Positions 49,386-62,623 of a DNA stretch of 64,000 bases are shown here, in pieces (position 1 is the first letter of the stretch; the number at the start of each line of letters is the position of its first letter). Position numbers and translations under genes: made by a program. The stretch is from an uncultured Alphaproteobacteria bacterium (GTDB lineage Bacteria; Pseudomonadota; Alphaproteobacteria; ATCC43930; CGMCC-115725): NCBI GenBank assembly GCA_963762425.1, contig CAVXKY010000010.1, positions 16,324-80,323 on the forward strand, in the 5' to 3' direction. The notes beneath the pieces are model-generated. The model saw nothing but the letters and a program-made list of their open reading frames with translations. It was not told the origin of the DNA and did not search any database.

Positions 49386-49913
49386 ATGTCCCTCGAACCC
49401 ATCGAACCCCGCGATCTCAAGCGCCGGCTCGACGACGGCAGCGCCGTTCTCATCGACATTCGCGAGGCGGACGAATTCGCGCGCGAGCGCATACTCGGCG
49501 CGCGGCTGGCGCCGCTGTCGGGATTCGACCGGCACGATTTCGACCGCGACCGCGGCAAGGCCGCGGTCTTCACCTGCAAGAGCGGCAACCGCACCGCCGC
49601 CAATGCCAGCCGCATCATCGCCAAGGGCTTCCGCGAGGCCTATGTGCTGAAAGGCGGAATCGACGGCTGGAAAGCGGCCGGATTTCCGGTCCACCTGGAC
49701 CGTTCGGCGCCCATCGATCTTCAACGCCAGGTGCAGATCGCCGCCGGCTCGCTCGTGCTGGCCGGCATCGTCTTGGGTTTCCTGGTTTCGCCCTGGTTCT
49801 TCGCGTTGTCCGGCGCGGTCGGCGCCGGGCTGATGCAAGCGGGCTTTACCGGCTTCTGCGGCATGGCCAATCTGCTGCGCCTTATGCCCTGGAACCGGCG
49901 GCAGGTGGCGTGA
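49386..49913 (+). CDS. Rhodanese domain protein fused to a DUF2892 membrane anchor (YgaP-like)
   Basis: VLIDIREADEF, active-site loop FTCKSGNRT, C-terminal IAAGSLVLAGIVLGF..GFTGFCGMANLL. Confidence 0.85.
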   Translation: MSLEPIEPRDLKRRLDDGSAVLIDIREADEFARERILGARLAPLSGFDRHDFDRDRGKAAVFTCKSGNRTAANASRIIAKGFREAYVLKGGIDGWKAAGFPVHLDRSAPIDLQRQVQIAAGSLVLAGIVLGFLVSPWFFALSGAVGAGLMQAGFTGFCGMANLLRLMPWNRRQVA

Positions 49914-50692
49914 CCGAAGCGGCCGCCATCCTTGCCATCCTGTCGGGCGGTCTCGTCGGCTTTTCGCTCGGAGCGATCGGCGGCGGCGGATCGATCTTGG
50001 CGGTGCCGCTGCTGATGTACGTGGTCGGAATCGGCGATCCGCATGTCGCGATCGGCACCAGCGCCTTGGCGGTGGCCGTCAACGCTTTCGCGAACATGCT
50101 CGGCCACTGGCGCAGCGGCACGGTCAAGTGGCCCTGCGCGGCGGTATTCGCGGCGGCGGGCGCCGTGGGCGCCGCGCTCGGCTCCACGCTCGGCAAAATA
50201 ACGGACGGCCGCGCGCTGCTGTTCCTGTTCGCGCTGGCGATGGCCGCGGTCGGAGCGGCGATGCTGCGGCCGCGCGCCGGCGGCGACGATCCCGATGTGC
50301 GGATCGATCCGCGCATCGCCCTGCGGCTCATCGGCATCGGCTTGCTGACCGGCGCGATCTCGGGCTTCTTCGGCATCGGCGGCGGCTTCCTGATCGTCCC
50401 GGGCATCATGCTGGGCAGCGGCATGCCGATCATCAATGCGATCGGATCGTCCCTGGTTTCGGTCGGCGTTTTCGGCCTGACCACGGCCGCGAATTACGCG
50501 CTGGCGGGCCTGATCGACTGGCCGGTTGCCGGACTCTTCGTGGCGGGCGGCATCGGCGGCGGCATCCTGGGCATGAACGCCGCCATCGCCCTGGCTCCGC
50601 GCAAGCAGACACTGACGCGAATTTTCGCCGGGGTCGTCCTGGCGGTCGCCGCCTACATGCTGGCGCGGAGCGGATATGCCCTGTTCGGCTGA
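49910..50692 (+). CDS. Sulfite exporter TauE/SafE family permease
   Basis: GTGA overlap with the rhodanese gene. 260 aa, repeated GGGGSIL / GIGGGFLIVP motifs. Confidence 0.85.
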   Translation: MTEAAAILAILSGGLVGFSLGAIGGGGSILAVPLLMYVVGIGDPHVAIGTSALAVAVNAFANMLGHWRSGTVKWPCAAVFAAAGAVGAALGSTLGKITDGRALLFLFALAMAAVGAAMLRPRAGGDDPDVRIDPRIALRLIGIGLLTGAISGFFGIGGGFLIVPGIMLGSGMPIINAIGSSLVSVGVFGLTTAANYALAGLIDWPVAGLFVAGGIGGGILGMNAAIALAPRKQTLTRIFAGVVLAVAAYMLARSGYALFG

Positions 50693-50820
50693 GCGGATGC
50701 CGATTGCGTCGGATGAATATCCGGGACAATCGAACTTCCATCCCGGTCTCGATGTCCGCTTATGGCGCGAAGTGGGCATCAACCACCCGTTCTCAGCCAA
50801 TCCCGAATTACACGCGCGTT

Positions 50821-52357
50821 CTACCCGTTCTCTTCCAGCACCCGGCCGGCCAGATAAAGCGAGCCGCAGATCAGCACGCGGCTGTCGGGCCTGGCCACGC
50901 TTTTGACCGCTTCGGCCAGGCTCGAACTGGCATGGGCGCGCATTCCCGCCGCGCGCGCGGCATTGGCCGCTTCCTCGGCCGAGAGCGCGTTTACCTCGCG
51001 CGGTATCGCCAAACCTGCCAATTCCTCGGCGAAACCTCCCAGTTGCCTCAGGAATACCTCGGCGTCGTGGGTCTTGAGCATGCCGAAAACCAGCGACACC
51101 TTGCACCCGCCCAGCGAGATAAAGCGAGCCGCAGATCAGCACGCGGCTGTCGGGCTTGGCCACGCTTTTGACCGCTTCGGCGATGCTCGGGCTGGCATGC
51201 GCGCGGATGCCGGCCTTGCGCGCGGCCTCCGCCGCCGCCTCGGCCGATAGCGCGTTTACCTCGCGCGGTATCGTTATTCCTGCCAATTCCTCGGCGAAAC
51301 CTCCCACTTGCCTCAGGAATACCTCGGCATCGTGGGTCTTGAGCATGCCGAAAACGAGGCGCGTCGGCTTGTCCTTCCAGCCTTCCAGCACCTTGGCCAG
51401 CGCGGCGCCCCCCGCCGCGTTGTGCGCGCCGTCGAGCCATACCTCGCAATTACTCGGCAGGTTCTCGACCAGAGGTCCCTTGAGGAGGCGTTGCAGCCGC
51501 GCCGGCCATTCCACGTCCTTCATCCCGCGCGCCAACGCCTCCGCGCCGAGCGTGAAGCCGTCGAGGCAATCGAGCGCGGCCAGCGCCGTCCCGGCATTGC
51601 CGAATTGATGCTCGCCCAACAGCCCGGGCGGCGGCAGTTCGAGCATCGCCTTTCCCCGGTAGATCAGATCACCCCGGGGCCCGCGCGAAACGTTCCATTC
51701 CGGTCCTTCGCGATAAAGCTTCGCGCCCCGCTCGCGCGCCCGCGCCTCGATCACCTCTTGGGCTGCTGGCGGCTGCGCCGCCACCACCGCCGGCGCGCCT
51801 GGCTTCAATATCCCGGCCTTCTCGAAGGCAATGGCGGCGATGGTATCGCCCAGGAAATGCTGATGGTCGAGTGAGACCGGCGTGATGATCGTGACGGCGG
51901 GGTGGGCAATTACATTGGTTGCGTCAAAGCGTCCGCCTAAGCCCACTTCGAGCAGCAGGATATCGGCCGGCTGGCGGGCGAAGGCGAGAAACGCCGCCGC
52001 CGTGGTGATCTCGAAAAAGGTGATGCTCTTTCCCTCATTGGCGCGCTCGCATTCCTCCAGCAACGCCGTGAGATGATCCTCCGCGATCAGCTTTCCGCCC
52101 AGGCGGATGCGTTCGCGAAAACGCACCAGATGGGGCGAGGTATAGGCGTGGACGCGGTAGCCGCCCGCTTCGAGACAGGACCGCAGGAAGGCGATGGTCG
52201 AGCCCTTGCCGTTGGTGCCGGCGACATGCACCACCGGCGGCAGCTTGTCCTGGGGATTGTCGAGTTCGGCCAGCAGGCGTTGGACGCGTTCGAGCGAAAG
52301 GTCGATCAGCCGCGGATGGAGCGCGAGCAGCCGCTCCAGGACCCGGTCGCTGGTCAG
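50821..52357 (-). pseudogene. folC: Bifunctional folylpolyglutamate synthase / dihydrofolate synthase with a duplicated, out-of-frame 3' end
   Basis: HVAGTNGKGST P-loop and LEVGLGGRFDATN in the frame of the long ORF 49721..53185. The 3' 265 bp occur twice. Only the distal copy (ORF 50821..51099) ends with LYLAGRVLEENG-stop, and it is in a different frame. The start is uncertain: only a CTG at 52357 is available next to the accD stop. Confidence 0.8.
50839..51368. repeat. Tandem direct duplication, 2 x 265 bp, of the folC 3' end
   Basis: ataaagcgagccgcagatcagcacgcggctgtcggg occurs at 50854 and 51119, and gtcttgagcatgccgaaaac at 51071 and 51336. By hand count about 30 mismatches, concentrated in the middle of the unit. 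Confidence 0.85.
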
Positions 52358-53268
52358 GGGTGGCTCTCCGGCAACGGGCGCGGGCTGGCCAGCGCCAGCG
52401 GCGTCTTGCGGCCGGGCCGGCACAGCAGATCGAGCACCCGTTCCAGCGCGGCTTTCAGCTCGCGGCGATGCACCACCATGTCGACCATGCCGTGTTCCAA
52501 CAGGTATTCCGCGCGCTGGAAGCCCTCGGGCAGTTTCTCGCGGATGGTCTCCTCGATCACCCGCGCCCCGGCGAAGCCCACCACCGCGCCCGGCTCGGCC
52601 AGGGTCACGTCGCCGAGCATCGCGAAGGAGGCGGAAACGCCGCCGGTGGTCGGGTCGGTCAGGATCACGATATAGGGCCGGTGCGATTCCTTGACCATCT
52701 CCACCGCCAGCGTGGTGCGCGGCATCTGCATCAGCGAGAGGATTCCCTCCTGCATGCGCGCGCCGCCCGAGGACGGCACCACCACCAGCGCCGCCTCCTG
52801 CAAGACCGCCAGCCGCGCCGCGGTCAGCACCGCCTCGCCCACCGCGATGCCCATCGAGCCGCCCATGAAGGAGAAATCGAAGGCGCAGACCACCGTCGCC
52901 ACGCCGCCGACGGTGCCGTGCGCCACCAGGGCGGCGTCGCGGTTGGGCAGGCCGTTCTTGGCGCCTTGCGCCTCCTTCAGCCGGTCGCCGTAGCGCTTGC
53001 GGTCGCGGAATTTGAGCGGGTCGGCGATCACCTTGGGCAATTCGATGATGGTGTATTTGCCCTCGTCGAACAGCAGCGTCAGGCGCTTCTCCGGCGAAAT
53101 CCGCAGATGGTGGCCGCAGCTGCCGCAGACATAGAGATTGGCCTCGAGCTCGCGGTGGAACAGCATCTGCCCGCAGCCCGGGCATTTGTGCCAGAGATTG
53201 TCCGGCACCTCCTTCTTGGCGACCACCGCGCGGATCTTGGGCAGGACGAAATTGGTGAGCCAGTTCAT
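52354..53268 (-). CDS. accD: Acetyl-CoA carboxylase carboxyltransferase subunit beta
   Basis: MNWLTNFV.., zinc finger [41 protein letters not shown] overlap with trpA. Confidence 0.93.
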   Translation of the reverse strand: MNWLTNFVLPKIRAVVAKKEVPDNLWHKCPGCGQMLFHRELEANLYVCGSCGHHLRISPEKRLTLLFDEGKYTIIELPKVIADPLKFRDRKRYGDRLKEAQGAKNGLPNRDAALVAHGTVGGVATVVCAFDFSFMGGSMGIAVGEAVLTAARLAVLQEAALVVVPSSGGARMQEGILSLMQMPRTTLAVEMVKESHRPYIVILTDPTTGGVSASFAMLGDVTLAEPGAVVGFAGARVIEETIREKLPEGFQRAEYLLEHGMVDMVVHRRELKAALERVLDLLCRPGRKTPLALASPRPLPESHP

Positions 53269-54110
53269 TGTGCCGCGACTCTCCTGTTCGATCCCCGCGC
53301 CTGCCGCACGCCCTTGGCCAAGGCCTTCACGTGTTTGAGCAAGGCGGCTTCCAGCCCGGGCCTGGCGCGGCCCTTTTTGTCCAAATTCCCGGCGATGGTC
53401 TCGACCAGCGCCGAGCCCACCACCGCCGCGTCGGAAACTCGGGATACCTCGGCGGCCTGGGCCGGGTTCTTGATGCCGAAACCCACCGCCACCGGCAGCC
53501 CGGTATGCCGCTTCAACCTGGCAACCGCCTGTGCCACTTGCCCCGACTCGGCCGACTTGGTCCCGGTGATCCCCGCGATCGCCACATAATAGATAAATCC
53601 CGAGGCGTGGCGCAGCACCGCGGGCAGGCGCTGGTCGTCGGTGGTCGGCGTCGCCAGGCGGATGAAATCGATCCCCGCCGCCAGCGCCGGCAGGCACAGC
53701 TCCTCGTCATGCTCGGGCGGCAAATCGACCACGATCAGCCCGTCGCAGCCCGCCTCCTTGGCCTCTTTCAGGAACCGCTTCACGCCATGGCGGTAGATCG
53801 GGTTGTAATAGCCCATCAGCACCACCGGCGTATCGGCGTCGCTTTTGCGGAAGCGGCGCAGCACCTCGAGCGTCTTCGCCAGGGTCATGCCGGATTTGAG
53901 CGCGCGCCGGCTCGCCGCCTGGATCGCCGGCCCGTCGGCCATCGGATCGGAAAACGGCATGCCGAGTCTCGATCAGATCGGCCCCGGCGCCCGGCAAACC
54001 CGCGAGTATCTTCTCGAAGCTCGCGCGGTCGGGATCGCCGCAGGCGAGATAGGTCACCAGCCCGGCGCGGCCCTCGGCCTTGAGATCGGCAAAGCGCGCG
54101 GCGATGCGGC

Positions 54111-54114
<4 letters not shown>
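53265..54114 (-). pseudogene. trpA: Tryptophan synthase alpha chain, one single-base insertion
   Basis: [29 protein letters not shown] in one frame, then [14 protein letters not shown].. (ORF 53265..53960) in another. Extra base at about 53967. Confidence 0.88.
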
Positions 54115-55323
<1,209 letters not shown>

Positions 55324-55397
55324 GGGATCGAAAGCTTCGCCGCTAACCGCCTGAGGGAAGCGGCAGTTTTACCCCTTATCCGGGGCCGCTCAAAGGC

Positions 55398-56039
55398 TCA
55401 AATCCGGCGCGCCACCGCCAGGAATTCCCTGATCTTGGCCGTATCCTTGACCCCCGGGCGGCTTTCGACGCCCGAGGAGACGTCGACCGCCTTGGCGCCG
55501 GAGATGCGCACGGCCTCGCCCAGATTGCCGGGGTTGAGCCCGCCCGACAGCATCCAGGGCAAGGGCCAGCGCCGCTGGCGCAGCAATTCCCAATCGAAGG
55601 CGAGCGCGTTGCCGCCGGGCCGCGAGGCGTCCTTGGGCGGGCGGGCGTCGAACATCAGCCAGTCGGCGGCGGCGAAATAGCGCGCCGCTTCGCCGAGATC
55701 GGCCTCGCTCGATATCTTGATCGCCTTGATCGCCGGCTTGCCGAATTTCTTCTTGATCGCCCCGACGCGCTCCGGGCTTTCCTCGCCGTGGAGCTGGATC
55801 AGGTCGAGCGGCGCTTTGGCCAGCACGCGTTCCAGCAGCTCGTCCCCGGGATCGACGAACACGCCGACCCGGGAGATTCCGGAAGGCACGCCGGCGACCA
55901 AGGGCGCTGCCTGCTCGGGCGAAAGGTTGCGCGGGCTCGGCGGATAGAACACGAAGCCCGCGAACTTGGCGCCGCCCAAAGCAGCGGCGGCCACGCTTTC
56001 CAAAGTGGAAAGCCCGCAAATCTTGACAGCGACGCTCAT
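55398..56039 (-). CDS. trpF: N-(5'-phosphoribosyl)anthranilate isomerase
   Basis: MSVAVKICGL.., IQLHGEE, LSGGLNPGN. Start overlaps the pyrF stop. Confidence 0.9.
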   Translation of the reverse strand: MSVAVKICGLSTLESVAAAALGGAKFAGFVFYPPSPRNLSPEQAAPLVAGVPSGISRVGVFVDPGDELLERVLAKAPLDLIQLHGEESPERVGAIKKKFGKPAIKAIKISSEADLGEAARYFAAADWLMFDARPPKDASRPGGNALAFDWELLRQRRWPLPWMLSGGLNPGNLGEAVRISGAKAVDVSSGVESRPGVKDTAKIREFLAVARRI

Positions 56040-56755
56040 GACCGGCGGATTTCCGGGCCGATCTCCGCCAGCATGGAACGCGCGGCGGCGGCCGGGCTGG
56101 GCGAGCCGGTGATGGGGCGGCCGATGACCAGGTAATCGGCGCCGGATGCCATCGCATCCTTGGGGCCCATGACGCGTTTCTGGTCGCCATGCGACAGCGA
56201 GCCGATGCGGATGCCCGGCACCACCAGCAGGAATTCCGGTCCCAGCGCCTGGCGCAGCTCGGCAACTTCCTGCGGCGAACAGACGATGCCGTCGAGACCC
56301 GATTCCTTGGCGAGCAGCGCCAGCCGCTTGACCTGCTCGGCGACCGGGCCTTTCTGGCCGGTGGCTTCGAGATCGCGCTCGTCGAGGCTGGTGAGCACGG
56401 TCACGCCCAGCAGCTTCATCGGCTTGCCCCGTCCCGCCTGTTTTGCCGCCTCGGATGCTGCCTTCATCATCGCCGCGCCCCCGGCGCAATGGACCGTCAA
56501 GAGCAGGGGTTCCAAGCTCGCCGCCGCCTTGACCGCGCCGGCGACGGTGTTGGGGATGTCGTGCAGCTTCAAATCCAGGAACAGCGGCAGGCCCTGGGCC
56601 GTGTCCTTGACCGCGCGCGGCCCGTTGGCCGTGAAGAATTCGAGGCCGAGCTTGATGCCGCCGACCGCGCCCTTGAGCGTCCGCACCAGGGTCTTGGCCT
56701 GGTTCGGGTCGGCCAGGTCGATGGCGCACAGGATGGGGTTCCGGGTCGCATTCAT
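56036..56755 (-). CDS. pyrF: Orotidine 5'-phosphate decarboxylase
   Basis: LCAIDL.., LFLDLKLHDIPNT, VIGRPI. An alternative start at 56767 is possible. Confidence 0.9.
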   Translation of the reverse strand: MNATRNPILCAIDLADPNQAKTLVRTLKGAVGGIKLGLEFFTANGPRAVKDTAQGLPLFLDLKLHDIPNTVAGAVKAAASLEPLLLTVHCAGGAAMMKAASEAAKQAGRGKPMKLLGVTVLTSLDERDLEATGQKGPVAEQVKRLALLAKESGLDGIVCSPQEVAELRQALGPEFLLVVPGIRIGSLSHGDQKRVMGPKDAMASGADYLVIGRPITGSPSPAAAARSMLAEIGPEIRRS

Positions 56756-56819
56756 GGGCCAGTTCATAGCAGGCCCGGCCGCCCTATGCATCTCCCGGCG
56801 CGCGGGCCCCGCCGGAACC

Positions 56820-57110
56820 CTAAGACTGCGGCGGCTTGCCGCGGTGGACTTCCAGCTCGCTTTCGAGATCGCGTACGCGCCGGCCTTTTTCGCGCGCCTC
56901 GCGCCGCTTCTTGCCGCCATTGATCCAGGCGGTCAGCTCTCCCAGGAGAAATCCGATCAGCAGCGCCGCCAAAACCACCAGATAGAACGGCATGCCGATT
57001 TCGAAGGGGGTGGGCCAGAAGCTGACGTTCACCGTCGCGCGGTTATCGACCGCGAACACCACCAGCACCAGCGCCAGCGGCACGGTGACCAGCCAGTGGA
57101 TCAGTTTCAC
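56820..57110 (-). CDS. LapA family (DUF1049) inner-membrane protein
   Basis: GTG start after AGAGG. VKLIHWLVTVPLALVLVVFAVDN.., second TM segment, then a charged coiled tail. Confidence 0.7.
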   Translation of the reverse strand: MKLIHWLVTVPLALVLVVFAVDNRATVNVSFWPTPFEIGMPFYLVVLAALLIGFLLGELTAWINGGKKRREAREKGRRVRDLESELEVHRGKPPQS

Positions 57111-57201
57111 GGAGAACCTCTTTTTATGTGGCCGCGCTCGCAGCCGCCCCGCCAACCCCGCTCGCGCGGCCTAGCCTGGCTGGCGGCGGTGGCGGGAGCG
57201 A

Positions 57202-57486
57202 TCACTGCCGCTCGTTGAGCCGCTCGCGCAGCTCCTTGCCGGTCTTGAAGAAGGGAATGTGTTTTTCGCCGACCTGCACGCTTGCCCCGGTGCGCGGGTT
57301 GCGGCCCATGCGCGCGCCGCGCCGCTTGACCGAGAAAGCGCCGAAACCGCGCAACTCGACCCGGTCGCCGCGCGACAGGGCCGCCGCGATCTCGTCGAAG
57401 ATGGTGGAAACGATGCGTTCGACGTCGCGCTGGTAAAGGTGCGGATTGCGCTCGGCCAGATGCTGGATCAACTCGGATTTGGTCAT
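57202..57486 (-). CDS. ihfB: Integration host factor subunit beta
   Basis: [42 protein letters not shown]. Confidence 0.93.
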   Translation of the reverse strand: MTKSELIQHLAERNPHLYQRDVERIVSTIFDEIAAALSRGDRVELRGFGAFSVKRRGARMGRNPRTGASVQVGEKHIPFFKTGKELRERLNERQ

Positions 57487-57593
57487 GGCCCGGCCTTTGC
57501 CCCCTTGGCCTGCGTTAACTTATTGGAAAACGTGCCAAATCCTGCCCCCACCGTCAAGGACGGCGGCGAACGCCGCCCGGCCGGGGCGGGGGC

Positions 57594-59324
<1,731 letters not shown>

Positions 59325-59442
59325 TACTTCTCCGGAACTTCCCCAAATCTGCGTCCGGGCATCCCGGGGAGGGGCTGCACGGCCGGCCGCGGGCAAGATC
59401 GGGTGCCGCGGCATATACCCGTATTCGATGCAGGCGCGACAA

Positions 59443-60084
59443 TCAGCGCTGCGCGAGCTTCCGGTCGACGAACCGGACCGCCGCATCGAAGGCGGCGTCG
59501 GCGTCGAGCGCGGTGGTGTCGAGCTCGAATGCGTCTTCCGCCCGCACCAAAGGCGCGGTCTTGCGCTCCTGGTCGCGCGCGTCACGAAGCTTCATGTCCT
59601 GCAGGACGCGCTGGTATATAGCCGGGGCGCCGCTTGCCTGCAACTCTTTGAATCGCCTCATGGCTCGGGCCTCCAGGCTGGCCGTCACGAACAGCTTGGC
59701 GTCGGCCCCGGGGCAGACCACGGTGCCGATATCGCGCCCGTCCAGCACCGCGCCCTTGGCCCCGCCCGGGGGCCTGATGGTGAATTCGCGCTGGAAGGCC
59801 AAAAGCGTGGCGCGCACGGCCGGGATGGCGGATACCAGCGAAGCGGCTTCCGCGACGCGCTCCTCATTGAGCCGCTTGTCGGCGAGCTGGCCGGGACGCA
59901 CGCGCTGGGCTCCCGCTTCGGCGTTCTTGGGGTTGGCCGGATCGTCGCCGGCGAGCAGCACCTGCAAGGCGGCGGCGCGGTAAAGCCGGCCGCTGTCGAG
60001 ATGGGCGAGGCCGTAATGCTGGGCGAGGCGGCGCGCCAGCGTGCCCTTGCCCGAGGCCGCCGGACCGTCGACCGCGATAATCAC
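59443..60084 (-). CDS. cmk: (d)CMP kinase
   Basis: GTG start overlapping the aroA stop. [30 protein letters not shown]. Confidence 0.9.
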   Translation of the reverse strand: MIIAVDGPAASGKGTLARRLAQHYGLAHLDSGRLYRAAALQVLLAGDDPANPKNAEAGAQRVRPGQLADKRLNEERVAEAASLVSAIPAVRATLLAFQREFTIRPPGGAKGAVLDGRDIGTVVCPGADAKLFVTASLEARAMRRFKELQASGAPAIYQRVLQDMKLRDARDQERKTAPLVRAEDAFELDTTALDADAAFDAAVRFVDRKLAQR

Positions 60085-61409
60085 GTCTTCGTCCCGGCTA
60101 TGCGCGCGCCCAGGCCGTTCATCAGCTTGACGAAGCCCGGGAAACTCGTGGATATCGTCTCGCCGTCGTCGATGCGCACCGGCTTTTGCGCGGCGCCGCC
60201 CAGCACCAGGAAGGCCATGGCGATGCGATGGTCGAGCGCCGCCGCCACCTTGGCGCCGCCCTTGGGGGCGCTGCCGGTGCCTTCGACCACAAGCGTGTCG
60301 CCTTCCACTTCGACAGGCACGCCGCAAGCCTTAAGCCCGGATGCTATCGCCGCCAGCCGGTCGCTTTCCTTGACGCGTAGCTCGCCCAAGCCGTGCATCA
60401 CGGTGCGGCCCTTGGCGAAGGCTGCCGCCACCGCCAGCACCGGATATTCGTCGATCATGCTGGGCGCGCGCGATGCCGGAACCTCGACGCCGTGAAGCTC
60501 GCTTGCCCGGATCCGGAGATCGGCCACTTTCTCGCCGCCCTGTTCGCGCGGCTTCAACAGCGAAATCTTGGCCCCCATTTCGGCCAGGGTCGCAAATAAA
60601 CCGGCGCGCAGCGGATTGACGCCCACGCCGAAGAGGGTGATGTCCGAGCCCTTGGCGATCAGCGCCGCCACCGCCGGGAACGCGGCCGAGCTTGGATCGC
60701 CCGGCACGGATAGCGCGGCCGCGTGCAATTCAGGCTCGCCTGAAAGGGTGATGCGCCGCCCGTTCTTGACCCGGGCGATCTCGATCCGCGCGCCGAAATG
60801 CCGGAGCAGGTTCTCGGTGTGGTCGCGCGTGGCGACCGGCTCGATCACCGTGGTCTCGCCCGGCGCGTTCAGGCCCGCGAGCAGCACCGCCGATTTGACC
60901 TGCGCCGAGGGCACGGGCAGCGTGTAGACGATCGGCAGCGGCGACGGCGCGCCGGTTTCGGCCAGCGGCAGGAATCCACCCTCGCGGGCGGTGAAGCGCG
61001 CGCCGAAACGCGACAGCGGTTCGATCACCCGCGCCATCGGCCGGCGGCGCAAGGATTCGTCGCCGGTGAAGAAGGTGGTGAAGGGGTGCGTCGCCACCGC
61101 GCCCATCAGCAGCCGCGCGCCGGTGCCGGCGTTGCCGAGATCGAGCACGGTTTCGGGCTCGCGTAAACCGCCGGTGCCGACGCCGTCGACGCTCCAGGCG
61201 CCGTCGGCGCCGCGCTCGATGCGCGCGCCCAGATCGCGCAAGGCTTGCGCGGTGCGCAGCACGTCCTCGCCTTCGAGCAGGCCCTTGATGCGGGTGCGGC
61301 CGATGGCGAGCGATCCCAGGATCAACGCGCGATGCGAGATCGATTTGTCACCCGGAACGATGCCTCGTCCCTTGAGCGGGCGCGATGAACCGGAGGAAAG
61401 CGCGGTCAC
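60081..61409 (-). CDS. aroA: 3-phosphoshikimate 1-carboxyvinyltransferase
   Basis: 442-aa [41 protein letters not shown]. Confidence 0.95.
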   Translation of the reverse strand: MTALSSGSSRPLKGRGIVPGDKSISHRALILGSLAIGRTRIKGLLEGEDVLRTAQALRDLGARIERGADGAWSVDGVGTGGLREPETVLDLGNAGTGARLLMGAVATHPFTTFFTGDESLRRRPMARVIEPLSRFGARFTAREGGFLPLAETGAPSPLPIVYTLPVPSAQVKSAVLLAGLNAPGETTVIEPVATRDHTENLLRHFGARIEIARVKNGRRITLSGEPELHAAALSVPGDPSSAAFPAVAALIAKGSDITLFGVGVNPLRAGLFATLAEMGAKISLLKPREQGGEKVADLRIRASELHGVEVPASRAPSMIDEYPVLAVAAAFAKGRTVMHGLGELRVKESDRLAAIASGLKACGVPVEVEGDTLVVEGTGSAPKGGAKVAAALDHRIAMAFLVLGGAAQKPVRIDDGETISTSFPGFVKLMNGLGARIAGTKT

Positions 61410-61479
61410 GTGATTTCGATCTTTGATGTCATGACATTGGCGGCTGTGTTTAGCACAGGGCCGGTATTCGCGCGACGGA

Positions 61480-61605
61480 CGCGTAGCACCTGCCGTGCGA
61501 AGCTAAGAAGGGTCGTAGCACCCGCCGTGCGAAGCTAAGAAGGGTCGTAGCACCCGCCGTGCGAAGCCAAGCAGGGTCGTAGCGCCTGCCGTGCGAAGCC
61601 GTGGG
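61480..61605 (+). repeat. Tandem array of four 32-bp REP-like units, with no spacers
   Basis: Units start at 61480, 61512, 61544 and 61576. Each is (g/t)cgtagC(A/G)Ccc/tgccGTGcgaagc plus a 9-nt linker (taagaaggg). Lies in the divergent region between aroA and the TIGR02300-like gene. Confidence 0.85.
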
Positions 61606-61727
61606 ACGGCGATCCCGGGCCGGCCGGTGCCGTCCGGGGGAGGCGATTTTTGCTTTTGACAGCGCCCCCGGGTCGTGGCAAAGGGCCAATAGGGAGGCCG
61701 GGTCATCCGGCCGGTGCGGAGGGTTGG

Positions 61728-62174
61728 GTGGTGAAGGTCGATTGGGGCGCGAAACGCATCTGCCCGAATTGCGGGGCGCGTTATTACGATATGCGCCGTA
61801 TGCCCATCACGTGTCCCAAATGCGGCGCGCCCTTCGACCCCGAGGCCTTGGCCAAGCCCCGCAAGACGCGCGGCGCGCCCGTTCCCGTGCCGGTGCCGGA
61901 GGAGGTGGTGCTGGTCGCCGACGAGGAGCTCGAGGCCGATCTCGCCGCCGAGCCCGAGGAAAGCGGGGTGGTGGTCGAGGTGCCGGTTCCGGTGCCCGCG
62001 GCGGCGTCGGCGGTCGAGGGCGAAGAACCGGAGGCCGAGGAAGGCGAAGCCGGCGTGGCCGGCGACAAGGAGGAAGAAGAGGAGGAAGTGATCGAAGACG
62101 CCTCCGAACTCGGCGAGGACGAGGACGACATGGCCGAGGTGATCGAAAACGTCGATGACGAGGATGAACGTTAA
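61728..62174 (+). CDS. TIGR02300 (FYDLN_acid) family zinc-ribbon protein with an acidic tail
   Basis: GTG start after GGAGGG. KVDWGAKRICPNCGARYYDMRRMPITCPKCGAPFDP, then a long Glu/Asp-rich C-terminus. Confidence 0.8.
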   Translation: MVKVDWGAKRICPNCGARYYDMRRMPITCPKCGAPFDPEALAKPRKTRGAPVPVPVPEEVVLVADEELEADLAAEPEESGVVVEVPVPVPAAASAVEGEEPEAEEGEAGVAGDKEEEEEEVIEDASELGEDEDDMAEVIENVDDEDER

Positions 62175-62185
62175 ACCTCTTATTG

Positions 62186-62275
62186 GCTTCGCACGACGCC
62201 TCGGACCTGAAGGCTTGGCCCTCGGCTGTGCTACGCGGAATCCCTCGTTTCGCTTCGCACGTCAGGGTGCCACGC
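62186..62275 (-). repeat. Two REP-like units (one long form, one short variant) upstream of tRNA-Ala
   Basis: gcttcgcacgacg-N-ctgtgctacgc at 62186-62236, and gcttcgcacgtcagggtgccacgc at 62252-62275. Confidence 0.6.
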
Positions 62276-62355
62276 CGGCTCTTTTCCCGGCGGCCGCTCT
62301 GGGCTAGAAGGACCGTCCCAGCCGGCGCGCGAAGCCCGCCGGCGCAGCGAATTTC

Positions 62356-62431
<76 letters not shown>

Positions 62432-62438
62432 AATCGAA

Positions 62439-62472
62439 AAGGGCTCGGATATCAGTATCCGGGCCCTTTTTG
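62439..62472 (+). terminator. Rho-independent terminator after tRNA-Ala
   Basis: 13-bp stem AAGGGCTCGGATA-TCAG-TATCCGGGCCCTT followed by TTTGTCTT. Confidence 0.75.
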
Positions 62473-62485
62473 TCTTCAAGAATCT

Positions 62486-62617
62486 GCTTCGCACGACGGC
62501 GAAGGCCCTGCGTAGCACCTGACGTGCGAAGCCAAGAAAAGTCGGCCTTCGCCACTGCTACGCATTTTGGCTTCGCACGACGGCGAAGGCCTGATATCGG
62601 CCCTCTTCTGTGCTACG
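62486..62617. repeat. Cluster of REP-like units in mixed orientation
   Basis: gcttcgcacgacggcgaaggcc at 62486; gcgtagCACctgacGTGcgaagc at 62510-62532; a partial unit at 62545-62563; a long form gcttcgcacgacg..GGCCtgatatcGGCC..ctgtgctacgc at 62570-62617. Confidence 0.65.
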
Positions 62618-62623
62618 CGGGGG

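Noticed and set aside
49721-53185. 1154-aa minus-strand ORF, the longest in the track
   Set aside because: It is a read-through artefact. Only its middle part is in frame with folC. The rest runs antisense to or overlaps tauE and accD, with an Arg/Gly/Ala-rich composition typical of off-frame translation in high-GC DNA. The folC duplication removes the natural stop from the frame.
61480-61605. Regular 32-bp direct repeats that could be mistaken for a CRISPR array
   Set aside because: The units are contiguous with no unique spacers. The same 23-nt core occurs singly and inverted at many other intergenic sites, and no cas genes are present. It is a REP-type tandem array.
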